Shown piece after piece: positions 1-11,579 of a stretch of DNA of 64,000 bases. Positions within the stretch are counted from its first letter, which is position 1. Each line of letters opens with the position of its first letter. Below the pieces are notes generated by a model. It was not told where the DNA came from and searched no databases. It saw nothing but the letters and a program-made list of their open reading frames with translations. The position numbers were made by a program, and so were the translations under genes. This stretch comes from Anthoceros angustus. Lineage: Eukaryota; Plantae; Anthocerotophyta. The stretch covers positions 756,369-820,368 of the forward strand of contig MU008178.1 of assembly GCA_010909165.1 (NCBI GenBank). Reading direction: 5' to 3'.

Positions 1-576
1 GATCCTTGAACACGCATTGCTCTGTGTACAGCTCACGCGTGAACTCCCCTGCCAAATCGAGATTTAGAAGCGGCCGGCATGTGCCAACTTGCGGCCACAG
101 TAGCGTTCGGAATCTCTCGTAAACCTGTTAGGAAATATGCGCGAGCATAATCGGCTGTGAGGATCCGCACAGGATCCAGAATGGCTTCTGCTTCTGCTTC
201 GGCTTCGGCTTCTGCTTCTGCTTCTGTGATGCTGCCAGGGGGCGACCTGCCGAGAAACAATGCTCATCAAACCCTGTACAAGCATGCCAGTTCCATGTGC
301 ACAATCAAGCATAAGCTGAACGACCGCACGATGGCACACATGCCTGCTCGCCTGGCTGCTGGAGAATCCCCGTAGCAGCTCCGTCGCGGCAGCCACAGCC
401 AGCCGCAGAATCACAGGCTCCGGCTTGGGTAAAGAGCACACAAGCTGACCGTGCTGCCGCCTGTCGCTTCCTACCCTTCTCAGCTGAAGCTTCCTGCCGT
501 TAATTCCACACTCTTTCCAGTTCAAATTGATCCGAGGCGTCTGGGATAGCAGAGGGCTGCTCATCGTGTCGGCCAT
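1..576 (-). CDS. DUF2358 (NTF2/SnoaL-like) family protein, probably plastid-targeted; 5' part only, runs off the window
   Basis: Spliced minus-strand pieces read MADTMSSPLL...ILRLAVAAATELLR, then ILDPVRILTADYARAYFLTG, then GEFTRELYTEQCVFKDP. These match recalled plant DUF2358 motifs (AVSGVTELLR; ILRSDY..YFVTG; Y..DC.F.DP). Confidence 0.75.
183..225. repeat. (GCTTCT/GCTTCG)n hexamer repeat, about 7 units, encoding poly-(EA) in the DUF2358 gene
   Basis: Directly visible in the sequence. Confidence 0.9.
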
Positions 577-677
577 GGAAGATGGAACCCAAAAGCCCTC
601 CTTTTGTATCTAGAGTGTATCAATTGTTGCGCGTCATCATCGTTTACTGAGTTCGTCAGGGTTTCCGCACCGCTGTT

Positions 678-3600
678 ATGGATCAAGCTGGGCCATTTTT
701 TGGTGGACTGGATGCCACGATTATCGTGATCAACCTTCACTCAGAGCCTCCAGGGCCCAAGGGTGTGGAAAGTCATGGTGAGGACAGCGAGGCTGGGAGT
801 GGGATGAACGTGGTCAATTACGACGACAGAGAACATTCTTCCGTTGCACACGCCGTGGTGGACGCCTGGGACTTGGGTCCTGACCAGTGGGCCGCTCTGG
901 CTTTGACTCAAGGATGCTCCATCCGTGTGCACAAAGCATTGTATGTCGTTTTGACTCACTGGCATTCAGTAACGTGAAGACGTGCATGTGAAGGGTGGGA
1001 AGAATTTCATCGATCTCTACCTATCTTTCCATGTTGCTGCAGATTGGCTCGTGAGTCGACTTACTTTCGTTCCCTCTTCGGCAACTTCAGGTGATTCTCC
1101 GCTGCCTGCTTGGAACCTCAAACCTGTTTAGACCATCTTTTCTCTTCGCTCAAGTTAGGTTCAACGTTGCAGAGGCAGCCGTCGAGATGTTTCTATTACG
1201 AAGCTATGCCACGGCCTGCTTGTTTTTGAGGCTGTTCTGCTGTTACTGTTAGTGTGGCTTCAGGGAATCCCGAAGCGTTGCTATTGGTGTTAATTGGGAT
1301 GTGGCAACGTTCATCACATTTCTACAGTTTCTTCACTGTGGGAAGCTCGAGGTCTCCCCTGGAAACGTTGTGAGCCTGCTAGAGGTAAGGCAGTTGACAT
1401 GGCTGAACCGCAAGAGGCAATACTTGGTGTCGGAAACATGGAACTTCAAATTCTGAATAGCATGTAGCAGGGAGCTGCATTTTTTGCGATCGACAAAGTG
1501 CTTGGACAAGTCGACTCGTGGGCAGCTAAGTCAATGCTGACTGAAGAGCCGATCGATGGAAACGTCTTAGGAATCACTCCGGTATTGTGGAGTTCCGCCA
1601 AGGAAGTTGGTAAGTCCTCTGCAGACAACGAATAATGGCCAGTATGACCTGCCATTTCCACTCTCCTTGGCATTCTCATTCATACTTTCTTCATGCTGAA
1701 TGCAGGAGCCTCTGCACTTCTGGAAATTTGCGTGGAGAGTTTTTCCATTCACTTTGTCAGTGCTTATCCTCTCTTCTGTAATCTGCTTATCGACAAATAT
1801 GGTGGTCTTTCGTCTAGGTGATATCTTGTGGCATGTGTCTGATCAGACTACAATTTGCTGGCAGGTAGCTGGAATATGTTTGGAGGGTTTTGAGAATCTT
1901 CCATCCTCTTTCCTAAATGCCTGCCTCGGTCACCCCCAGCTGACTGTGCACAGGTGCTGAGGGTGTTGCCATTTTGAGAATTTGAGTTCATCCTTGAGAA
2001 CTTGGATTCGCTTAGTGTTCGCTCTGTTTCTATCAACCTGTGTCTGTGTCTTTGTGTGCCTCTGTAATATAGTGAGCGACAGCTTTGCGAAGCCCTCATA
2101 CGTTGGTGCACAGGGCAGGCAGAATGGAAGGACCGGTTCGACTCAAGGGCTCCTGGGGCACAAAATCACCAGTTTGAATGTCTGAAGAAGGTGGCCTAGT
2201 CGTTACAGTTACACACCTCTACTCATTTCTAGGTTCAAACCTTTGAGTAGTTGCTGTCTTCCAATGTTAAGTTCCTTTCTGGTGAATGCGTATGAGGTCC
2301 GCAGTGTAGGGTTTCAGAGGTAATTTGATGCTCCTTTTATGTGCAGCAGATTCGCGTGTTCCTTCTGCCTCTGGATTATCTTTATGGTAAGGCTCAAATT
2401 CTTACAGATTATGCACACAGAATTGCAATAACAGATACCTTAACTGGGGCCGTGTGACAATATCTGGCTCTCTTGCAGGATGCATAATAGGCAAATTCCC
2501 TGTTAGTTTGTTCCGTCTTGGTGAAACCGAGGAACCAAGGAATTGGGACTCTGCTTTTGATGCTCTCCACAACAGTATAGAGACAATCTCGATCCCTCCG
2601 AGAAGTGGAGACAACAACACACATTGTACACTAAGATTGACACAATATTCAGAGGTAGATTCCATGTGACAGGCGTAGGAGACTTGTGTCGTAGCAGTGA
2701 CCAGCTTTGATACTCCACCTTCAACACAATACTAAGCAACAATCTTCTGAAGTTTCCTTGCAGACTTTGGACCTGTCTGGCTGCCAACAAGTTACCTGTC
2801 CGATTCTCGTCGCCTCTGCTGCTTGTGCCCCAGCCAATTCTGGGCGGGCTGTCAGCGGTGCTCCTGACAACTTCGGGAATGCTGTTCACCCAAGTAGAAG
2901 CTGGGAGTCAAGTATCATGTCTTCCACCTCTCAAATGATGAATCATAACCCATGGGCAAGATATTCTAGTTTCAAGAGGTTATGCAGAGTTTGTCTGTCT
3001 AACTGCTGGCGATTGAACGAGAAGGATCTCGCTTCCTGGTTGCAAGCATCGTGTCCAGCCTTACGCGAGCTCACTGTGACCAACTGCCCCCAACTGAGGT
3101 TGACTCTTCTTTCCGAGTTGACTGGGAGTTGCCCCTTCATCCGAGTGGCTGAATTCTCGGTGGACACAAGCCGGCTGGTGAGACAAACCTTACATGTGGA
3201 ACAACGACGTGTTCAGGAGGATGAGACTGAGACACCTTTCGCCTCCAGTCATTCTTCTTTCTGGTATCCTTGCTGTCTGGCACATCTGTCAGAACTCAGT
3301 CTTCGAGGACGCAAGGACGTGACTGGTGAGCAACAAATGTTCTTACCATTACAATCTGGTGAATTGCATCTGAGGAACCATGACATGGATTGCAGGAGCA
3401 GAATTTTAGAAGAATTGCAACTTATCCATGTCATGTTTGTGTAGACTCTCTGCTTGCAGCTGTTGCCAGGTCCTGCCCTTCACTGCTAAAAGTGAACTTG
3501 AGTGGCTGCACGACTTTGTCAGATTCGGGTATCAGTCGGTTTCTTAGAGTTTATACCAGACTGCTTGGTTTTCAAGGTGCATGGACCAACTTTGGTGCGA

Positions 3601-5782
3601 AATCAGTGAGGTCCCTCATCAGAATATTTGAACATGGCGAAACTTTAGATCTGGGAGGCTGCCATGGTATTGTTCACCGGTGATTTGAACAGTCAATCGG
3701 TTCAGCACATGATTTGGTTTTAAACTGCCTGACTGAAGACCTCTGCCTCGCAGGATTGCAGGAGAATTATTTGGGCAAATTGTTGAAGACTGCTGCATCC
3801 CTGAAAATATTGGCCCTGAGCAACACAAATCTTGGCGATTCTGCTCTCAAGGAGTTTGTTGGGGAAGGTCTCGAACTCTTGGATATCAGTGAGACCTCGG
3901 TAAGTGGCACACGGTGCCATGTCGCAAGACAGGTGCCTCGTGGGTTGGTCGAAGGCTATATTTGAAGTGCTCATATCTTCAATGTTATGAAGTCTGAAGC
4001 TATTTGATGCAAGCAGGTCTCAGGTCCAGCGCTAGCGTATGTAATTGCAATCAATACAGGCTTGAAGTCCATTAATACAAAAGGCTGCAAAAGCATTGGA
4101 ATCGCTGAAGAGGCAAATGCAATCACGCCAACATTTTATAGGGCGCTGGGATACAGCAGTATGTCCTTGTTGGAGCTGAAGGCAGGTTGGGGGTTTTCTG
4201 ACTACATTCTTAGTCTCAAGATGCCAACTTTTGCTCATGTAATGAGACTGGACATCGGACTTGGGGCATGCTCAACTGTGAAATTACTACCCAATCTTCC
4301 ATGCTTGCAGCAGCTGTCCCTATCTTTCCAGGTGACGACCTTTTGCACTCTTCGTTATGTATGCATTTTCTTCCCGATTATACTGGACATGACCATCCTG
4401 CCACCTCTGCTCTCCCCCACTTCCCCCGTGGATGTCATTGAAAATCAGCATGTAACAGCAATTACTTCGGGCACTGCTCAACAGACTGTCTCTGATGAAA
4501 GCATGAGCAAGCTTCTCGAACATGCACCAAACCTGCAAGTGTTGGAGCTCCGGAATTGTATGGGCTCTCTTTCGTCTGCCTGCATAAGTTCCTTGGCGTT
4601 GAAGCCCGGAGTGAATTTGACTTCCTTGAAGCTGGAAAGGGTTGCTCCAAGTTTGACGGATTATGACCTCTTAGTTCTCGGTACCAGTTGCAAAGGACTC
4701 CGCTATCTTGCACTTACTGGATGCAAGGCTTTGACTGCAAGTGAGTAAGGTTCTGAACCGTAAGTGAGGGTTAGTCAGAGGCTCCCAAAGCTTTGCCTTT
4801 ATTGTGACCCACGGTGCTGTTCGGCGTTTTGACCCAGGTGTTTTAGATTTTGCTTGAGGCGTAACTGTCCTAAATACCACCAGCTGGTGTGCTGTCCGCA
4901 GAGGGACTGGAAATTATTGCTGACAAATGGCCAGGGCTACGCGACTTTAAGCTTGAGGTGACGTCCCTAGCTGTATTACCCTCTCTACTGTCGGTATGAT
5001 CCATCTCACTTGGAAACTTCTTCGTATGATGAAGGAATGTGGTGGAACAACAAGTGATGGAGCATCCCATGTCCTCAGATCATGCCGAGCATTGCAAGGA
5101 CTCAACCTGAGGCACAATGTGAGAATCTTTATGAGGTTTCCGTGTATTGTAGCCCTATTTTGCTTCAGGATTGTTGTCCTTGCTGACATTAAGGACTGTC
5201 TTACATCTTCACAGGGAAGAGGGTTGCCGGACACCTTTGTCATAGACGTAGTATCCCATGTAAGTTCCTTTCACTTCGAGAGTCCTCCTGAAGAGGATCT
5301 GACTCGGATATGACAACCCAAAGCTATACAGCGTTATGACATCAGTCTGCGTAGGAACTCCTCTTCTGTCCTCCACGGGTTTTTGAGTTAAACTCGTTGC
5401 TCTCTGTCTTGCAGCTGCGATTGCTGCGCTTCTTGGCCCTTGACCAGTGCGATGCAAGAAATCAGTGGTTCAAGTTGCCTGAGGTAAGTTCCCATCATTC
5501 ATTGTGAACGGCACATGTTGCGCTCATGCACTACTCTGCTCCCTTTTTGTAGGTTCGTGATAAATAAGTTTACTCTTCCAGGGGATTCCGTTTGGACCGC
5601 TGTGTTTTCATTTGTCCAAGTGCAAGCCTGTCATCAACCCATTCCAAATTCAAGGCCACGATCGTGCGCCTTCCGTATGCCCCAGGGAAACGGTGATATG
5701 TGAGTGGGATTCGCGTTGCCGGTTATCCACTACCGTCGCGGAGAGATTGTGTCACGAAGCAATTGCATTTCAAAATATATGA
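678..5782 (+). CDS. BTB/POZ + LRR protein, FBL11-like (multi-exon)
   Basis: ATG at 678. Exons give WDL...IRVHK, LARESTYFRSLFGNFS (BTB) and many LRRs (LQTLDLSGCQQV, LLKVNLSGCTTLSDSGI, LRYLALTGCKAL). The last exon reads LSKCK...RETVICEW...ERLCHEAIAFQNI with a stop at 5780-5782, resembling the FBL11 C-terminus. Confidence 0.8.
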
Positions 5783-5860
5783 GATGCCTGATTGCTACTC
5801 TGCCCCCTCACCGCCTCCGTATCTAATGTAGTTGATTTTTGAAATCCGTGTATCTTACCC

Positions 5861-6050
5861 GATGGATAGACTGCTCAAAATAATGTCGTATACTCAGACG
5901 TATTGCCCGCCGTTGCCGGGGAGATCGGACCTGGGTCACCCGTTCGCCAGGCGGGATGGATAGACTGCTCAAAATAATGTCGTATACTCAGACGTATTGC
6001 CCGCCGTTGCCGGGGAGATCGAACCTGGGTCACCCGTTCGCCAGGCGGGA
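5861..6050. repeat. 94-bp tandem duplication (2 copies) containing the 3' half of the tRNA-Asp pseudogene and its downstream flank
   Basis: gatggatagactgctc...cgccaggcgg begins at 5861 and again at 5955; the copies are near-identical. Confidence 0.95.
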
Positions 6051-7320
6051 TACTTACCAACAACAACAACAACAACTTTATTTATGTCCACTAAGGATGG
6101 GAGAACCATCATGGGACAGAGATAGTACAGCGTAAAAGAGGTTTAAAAACCGAGTACACTTACGTACGTCTGAACTAGAGAAGCAGTACCTGTATGAGGG
6201 AAGCAGAAAAGAAGGCAAAGACTACAAGGAGTCCAACAAGGACTGCCGAAGATCAAGAAGCTCAGAGAGACATAGTCCAGAGAGCCTAGGAATGTGGAAA
6301 GAGAAAAATCAAAATGAGAAGCCGCACATTCAAAAGAAGAGAGTAACGAGACCGAATATCGCATAGGCGTGACAATAAAAGAGGAAGTGTGATTCGATTC
6401 GTGATCCAAGGAGCAAAGCTTGCATCCTATCGCCTTGGGAGGGGTAGGCTTGAGCCAGCGGTCGGTCTCAATCCGAGGTGGTGGGAGCTAACACGAAATT
6501 GACCTATGAGTGTGCGGAGTTTGAAGGAAAGGGGGAACCGAGGTAGCGGGTAGGAAATTTACCAGGGAGGATTAACTCGAGCCTGCCTTTGTAAAAGCGG
6601 AGTCTAGAAGTGAGAGGGGGGGAAAAGGAAAGAGGGGACCAGGTGAGGCGAAGGTATCTTAATTTAAGGGCCTGCGAATGGAGTGGTTGGGGGGGATGTG
6701 AGAAAGGGGGAGTTGGGAGGAGGGAGAGGGCCAAGCAGGGAGTCGAAAAGGTTCAAACTCGAATCTTCTAAGCCAGTTGGCAGCTTGAGAAAGCCAGCAA
6801 AAAGAAGCTTGTGGGTCAGTATTGAGCCAGAGCGAGCGGGAGGACCTAAAGGCAAGGAGGAGGTAAGGGGGATCCAAAATGGGATTAGCAATATCAAGGA
6901 GGTGGAGGCGGTAAAGAAAGGATGAGAGACGAAAAAGGCCATCAAGTTCGAGGGGAAAGGCTGCAAATTCAGAAAGGAGGATGGGTAATGGAGTTGAACG
7001 CTTACAAGCAATGTGAGCGCGGAGAAAGGAAGATTGAACCCTTTCCACCTTCGCCCAAGAAGAAGGGAAAGATCCGGCCCCAAATTTCAGCGCCATACAA
7101 GGCGGAGGGAATTACCATAGTGTTGAAATACCGCTCAAGATTGATATCCTCAAGATTCATCTCAGATAAAGAACGCGCAGCACGCATGAGCCCATCCCCT
7201 TGGTAGCGCGGGAGGAGGCAGAGGAGGTCCAGTTAAATTTAGGACCGAAAATAGTGATACCCAGATAAGTATAGGATCGAACCATCTCCACCTATAGGAT
7301 TACCACTATACTACAACGAC
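6002..7320 (-). pseudogene. tRNA-Asp(GTC)-derived gene split by a retrotransposon: 5' part 7300-7320, 3' part 6002-6059
   Basis: The reverse complement of 7300-7320 is GTCGTTGTAGTATAGTGGTAA, the plant tRNA-Asp 5' end. The reverse complement of 6002-6059 is TGGTAAGTATCCCGCCTGGCGAACGGGTGACCCAGGTTCGATCTCCCCGGCAACGGCG. The acceptor stem GTCGTTG/CAACGGC pairs; the anticodon loop is degenerate. Confidence 0.88.
6060..7299 (-). mobile_element. 5'-truncated non-LTR retrotransposon (RTE/RTEX-like), frameshifted
   Basis: Minus strand reads EMVRSYTYLGITIF (RT C-terminal YLG motif), LYGAEIWG and VERVQSSFLRAHIACKRSTP. The 3' end has AATAAA followed by a (GTT)n tail. TTACCA TSD at 6054-6059 and 7300-7305. 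Confidence 0.82.
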
Positions 7321-8061
7321 TTTCATTCAATCATCTAAGAATGTTATTTATGTACAGAATGTCTACATAACCTATTTCATTCCTCTCATTTCATACAATA
7401 TTTATATCTATTCTTTATATTTATATAATTATCAATATGATTATTTTCAAAACATATATCACAAGATATATTTAAAAATAAAATATTGAATATCTAATAT
7501 ATATTATATTTATAACAAGGAGTTATACTACCTAGGTGGGTTAAGTTTAAAAATATTGATAAAATTATTCTATAGTTTAAAACCCTATTTTTTATTTTTT
7601 ACAATATGATTTGCCAAAGTTTTTTATGGTATTATGCACTGCCATGTAAATTATGAGACAATCAACGGAATCTATTTTTAAAAATTTCAGAATATGCTAT
7701 GCCAAAGTTTTCAACGGTACTAAGCACTGACATATAAGTTATGAGACAATCAATCGAAAGATGACGTCTACTAGGAATACAAGCGCATAAAACATGACTA
7801 ATTAGGAATTGATAAGGTTGTTCCCTTAGTTTCCGAGAGTGTGAAGATAAGTATTTATTTAGGTTAACATCTTGGATACCTGTCATGCTTGTGTCTACTC
7901 ATGTCGATCTATTCTGAACACCATATCCAATCTTATCTTGCTATCCCCAGCAAAGCATTACCCAATAATATGCTAGCTTATACAACCATGCACCAACATT
8001 ATCCTATTTAAAACCAAACACCACACAAAATCACATTTGCACATTAACGAAGTTATCCTAT

Positions 8062-8351
8062 GTGAGGACGTATTGTATGTCACTAAAGTTCTCCCTAATA
8101 CAGTGAGGACGTATTGTATGTCACTAAAGTTCTCCCTAATACAGTGAAAACGTATTGTATGTCACTAAAGTTCTCCCTAATACAGTGAGGACGTATTGTA
8201 TGTCACTAAAGTTCTCCCTAATACAGTGAGGACGTATTGTATGTCACTAAAGTTCTCCCTAATACAGTGAGGACGTATTGTATGTCACTAAAGTTCTCCC
8301 TAATACAGTGAGGACGTATTGTATGTCACTAAAGTTCTCCCTAATACAGTG
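8062..8351. repeat. 41-bp minisatellite, 7 copies (GTGAGGACGTATTGTATGTCACTAAAGTTCTCCCTAATACA)
   Basis: Units start at 8062, 8103, 8144 (variant GTGAAAACG), 8185, 8226, 8267 and 8308. Confidence 0.97.
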
Positions 8352-8889
8352 GCATTCGACTCCTTTTCGTTTCGTTCTCGAACAAAAAAAAACTAGGATA
8401 CAAGCTAGGCTATTGCACCTTGGATGTCTTTGTATAAGGTAGCAAACCAATCTTGTGAGATACATAAGCATCAAATTTCTTAAAATATGAAGTTGCCCAA
8501 CATATCAATGATAGCATAACCTAAGTTCATTAATATCTAGTTACAACTTTTATATTCAGACGAGATCAAACTTGTGATATTGTTTCAGAAAGTTTACAAT
8601 AATATCGTGTGGATAATATTTTTTTATTGAACTGATCGAGATATATTAGATAAGACAGTCTGGCATCGGACTGGAAATAAGAGGGACGAGGCAAATAGCC
8701 TCAGAGTTCACAGACAAGCAAGTGTGATGGTTATAACTCTCCTAAATGATAATTTGATGCTTAATATAGAGGAGTCTTTCTATATGAAATTATGTTTTCG
8801 TTGTGAGTCAAGTTATTTTCTCGCTTGGTTGTATCATTTATTCTGATATGAGACCCAAAATCCCAAATCATAATTATCTTTGGCAGCCT

Positions 8890-11100
8890 AGGGTTCCTTG
8901 GAGGTGATATGGTTACAAACCAAGCCTATGGATGGGTGAGAACTTGCATTATTACGAGAAAGTGCTGCAAAGGGCATAGCTTGGGGAACAAGAGACTTTA
9001 TTATAAAAAGGAGATGGGAAAACCCCATCCACCCCAAAAACAACGGGGGAAAAAACCCAACAAAGGGCACCATGCCAAGGGGACTAGCCCCTACGATCCG
9101 GGAGGTCATGCTCTTGCTCAGGAAAAGGGGGCAGGTTCTTGCGTCATGCGTAGCGATACGCTGCCCACCCACGGGACACCGAGCCAAGTGGAGTCATCGA
9201 GAGGGGCCCCACAACTGCAAGTTGAAAGAGAGCAAGCCAGAGGATGGACCAAGCCTAGGCGATAACGCATCGTGGTGGAAAAAGTTGCTAGTGCGATGCG
9301 AAACACCTGAATACTGGGTTGATCTAGAAGCCAAGAACCTGCCCCCTTTTCCTGAGCAAGAGCGGAGATGAGCTCGAGTGGGCCTAGGAACGGAGGAATC
9401 CCGGAGGAGGGCCAACTGCGCCTGCCCGTAATGTTTTTCCAGGAGAGACGCCTAAAGCCCCCGGAGCCCAACCTCGGGAAGCGAGGACAAAGATGGCATG
9501 GCAACCCTCGCCTCGAAGGATAAAGAGTCTCTGGCTAAGCTTAGCGAGGTCTGCAGGGGAAAAGCCCCCTCCTCATTTGCCCGCGATGAGAGCCTCCAGG
9601 ATGTGTGAATGCTGAATTAAGAAACAAGAGGACAAAATGGGGGTAGAGAGAGCCCAGCTCCCTGAGAAAGCCGTTGGTGCAGAGGCCTCCGTGGCCAGCA
9701 AACCGATGCCTCCAAAGTGACAGGAAGGAATGCCTGCCGCTTCGCATGATCCCCGGCCACACACTCGAAGGTGCCTGGGAATGATGTCGCCTAAAACTTG
9801 CATAAGCCGCTTGTCGAAATCCCTTAGGCTAGACAAGAAAACCGGGGAGGGGACAACCGCTCGGAGAAGGTACCCTGGCCGGCATGCAAAACAGAAGGAA
9901 AGGATCCCAACGCCACTTGCGGGTCTCCCGGTTGAGATCGTCGATGTGCGTTAAATCTTCAGCCAAAGCCACATCCACATAATCTTGGATGAAGGTAGGA
10001 GGCCCAACCGGGAACCAAGAACCCGAAGGCCCAGCGGAGAAACAATATCCCCCTGTGGATACCGAAGAAAAGGCAAAACGCCAGAGAGAGACCAAACTTT
10101 GTACTTAATGATTTTGACCTTCAAACCGAGGTGGGAGAGCTCTAGAGCGAAGAAATCAAACGCCACCTTAACCTTGTCTCCAGGCCCGAGGATGTGGGTA
10201 TCATCGACCACAGATGGATACAAACATTCCCACATCGAAGAGGCGGTTGAAGACAAAGCCCTTAAATGCACCATGGCAAAGAGAGTACTTCATAGAGTCA
10301 CCTTGCCCGTGCTCGTCGCCGAGTTCAGCACAGAAACCTCTTCCACCGAGGGCCCATGCTGATAATAGAGGTTGGAAGGAGACCTATAAAAGTAGCGGAC
10401 AAAGGAAATAAGGATGGCCAAGTGCCCACCCGCGTTATTGAGCTCGTCGAAGATAGCCAATCGTGAGACAGTGTTGAAGGCATTCTCCACGTCGACCTGA
10501 AGAGCAACCCAGTCATGATGGGTCTTGAGAACCGCCGCCACTCCAAAAGCCATAGACTCGCAGCCCCCGGCGTAGCAATCCCAAATTGATAAGGACTAAG
10601 ATGGACTTGGAACTGCTCCCGAAGTTGGATAAGCCGCATGAACACCTCGCCTACGGCATTAGGGCGTATACGCCCCAGGGGTGGGCTTCTCCATGGCTTA
10701 GCTTAGCTTTAAGCTCAGGGAGAGGGGGTGAAGAACTTCGGCTGCGTTTGAGTAGGAAGGGTGGGATAAGCCTTGAGTAGGAAGGGTGGGTTAGGCTTAT
10801 CTTGGAGTGTTGAAGACACACCATTGGTGAGTGACAAGTGATGGTGGACCGGTGGGTGATGTTGAGCATGATGCCGGGACTCCCTCAAATGAAATCAGCG
10901 TGTGTCACTCGTTTGGGTTTCTAAATTCATTTGCCGCCGAAAGTCGACGGTTGGTCTGAAGGAGCTTCAGTCTGGATCTCTAGAGACCTGGGCCCGGAAG
11001 ATAGTCTGAGCCTGAAATAACTCAATGTTCAATTCACTGTCAAGGTCTTTTTTGCAAGCCCCGGTCCGACGAGAGGAGCAAGCTCCAAGGTCCAGGACCG
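8890..11100 (-). mobile_element. Decayed non-LTR retrotransposon with RT plus CCHC/RLE region (CRE/SLACS-like); boundaries approximate
   Basis: Frameshifted RT motifs are QFGIA, VDVENAFNTVSR, QGDS..STLFA and SVVDDTHILG. Downstream is CSCGAPLDDS-HLARCPVGGQRIATHD, the C-x-C...H-x3-C-GG..HD motif of RLE elements. Confidence 0.7.
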
Positions 11101-11579
11101 TTCAGTACATCCAAGCTAAAACCTGACTCAGAGAAGCCAACAAGTGAGCAGCATATAACATCATCCTGAAGCATGCTCGGCGGGGAGGATGTGGATAGTA
11201 TTCAGTTGGCCTCACTATCCACCGGGCATGCAGCCACAGCACAGGGGTGAGAGCGTTGCAAGTAGGGTGAGAGCGAGGCATCGTCAAAACGGACACCAAC
11301 AGCGGGTGGTTGCCGCTCTACGTTACAAACAAGGACACGACACATGCCAGAAAGCCGGGAAGCTCCCTCCCTCCCTGTTTCAACCTAGCCCAGATTGATA
11401 CCATACCACAGCAGCCTCAAGTGACAGACATACTGATGCGCGTGCCTCGTCTACGTGAAGAGTAAATTGAGCTCTAGGTTCGAGGAAGGAGACAGCGCAA
11501 TCCCGCCCTCTCATCAGCCGCTCCCCTGGGGCACGATCTCCGGCCTCCAAAGGCCGGAACGCCAGAGCAGGTGCCGGCA

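Noticed and set aside
4062-4748. Separate genes from individual long ORFs in 1.7-5.7 kb
   Set aside because: They are exon-plus-intron read-throughs of the single FBL11-like gene
6002-6059. Functional tRNA-Ala(GGC)
   Set aside because: The gene is split, has a C-A mismatch in the anticodon stem and an insertion in the T arm, and the body is tRNA-Asp
8062-8351. 41-bp array as a CRISPR array
   Set aside because: Units are contiguous with no unique spacers, there are no cas genes, and the context is eukaryotic
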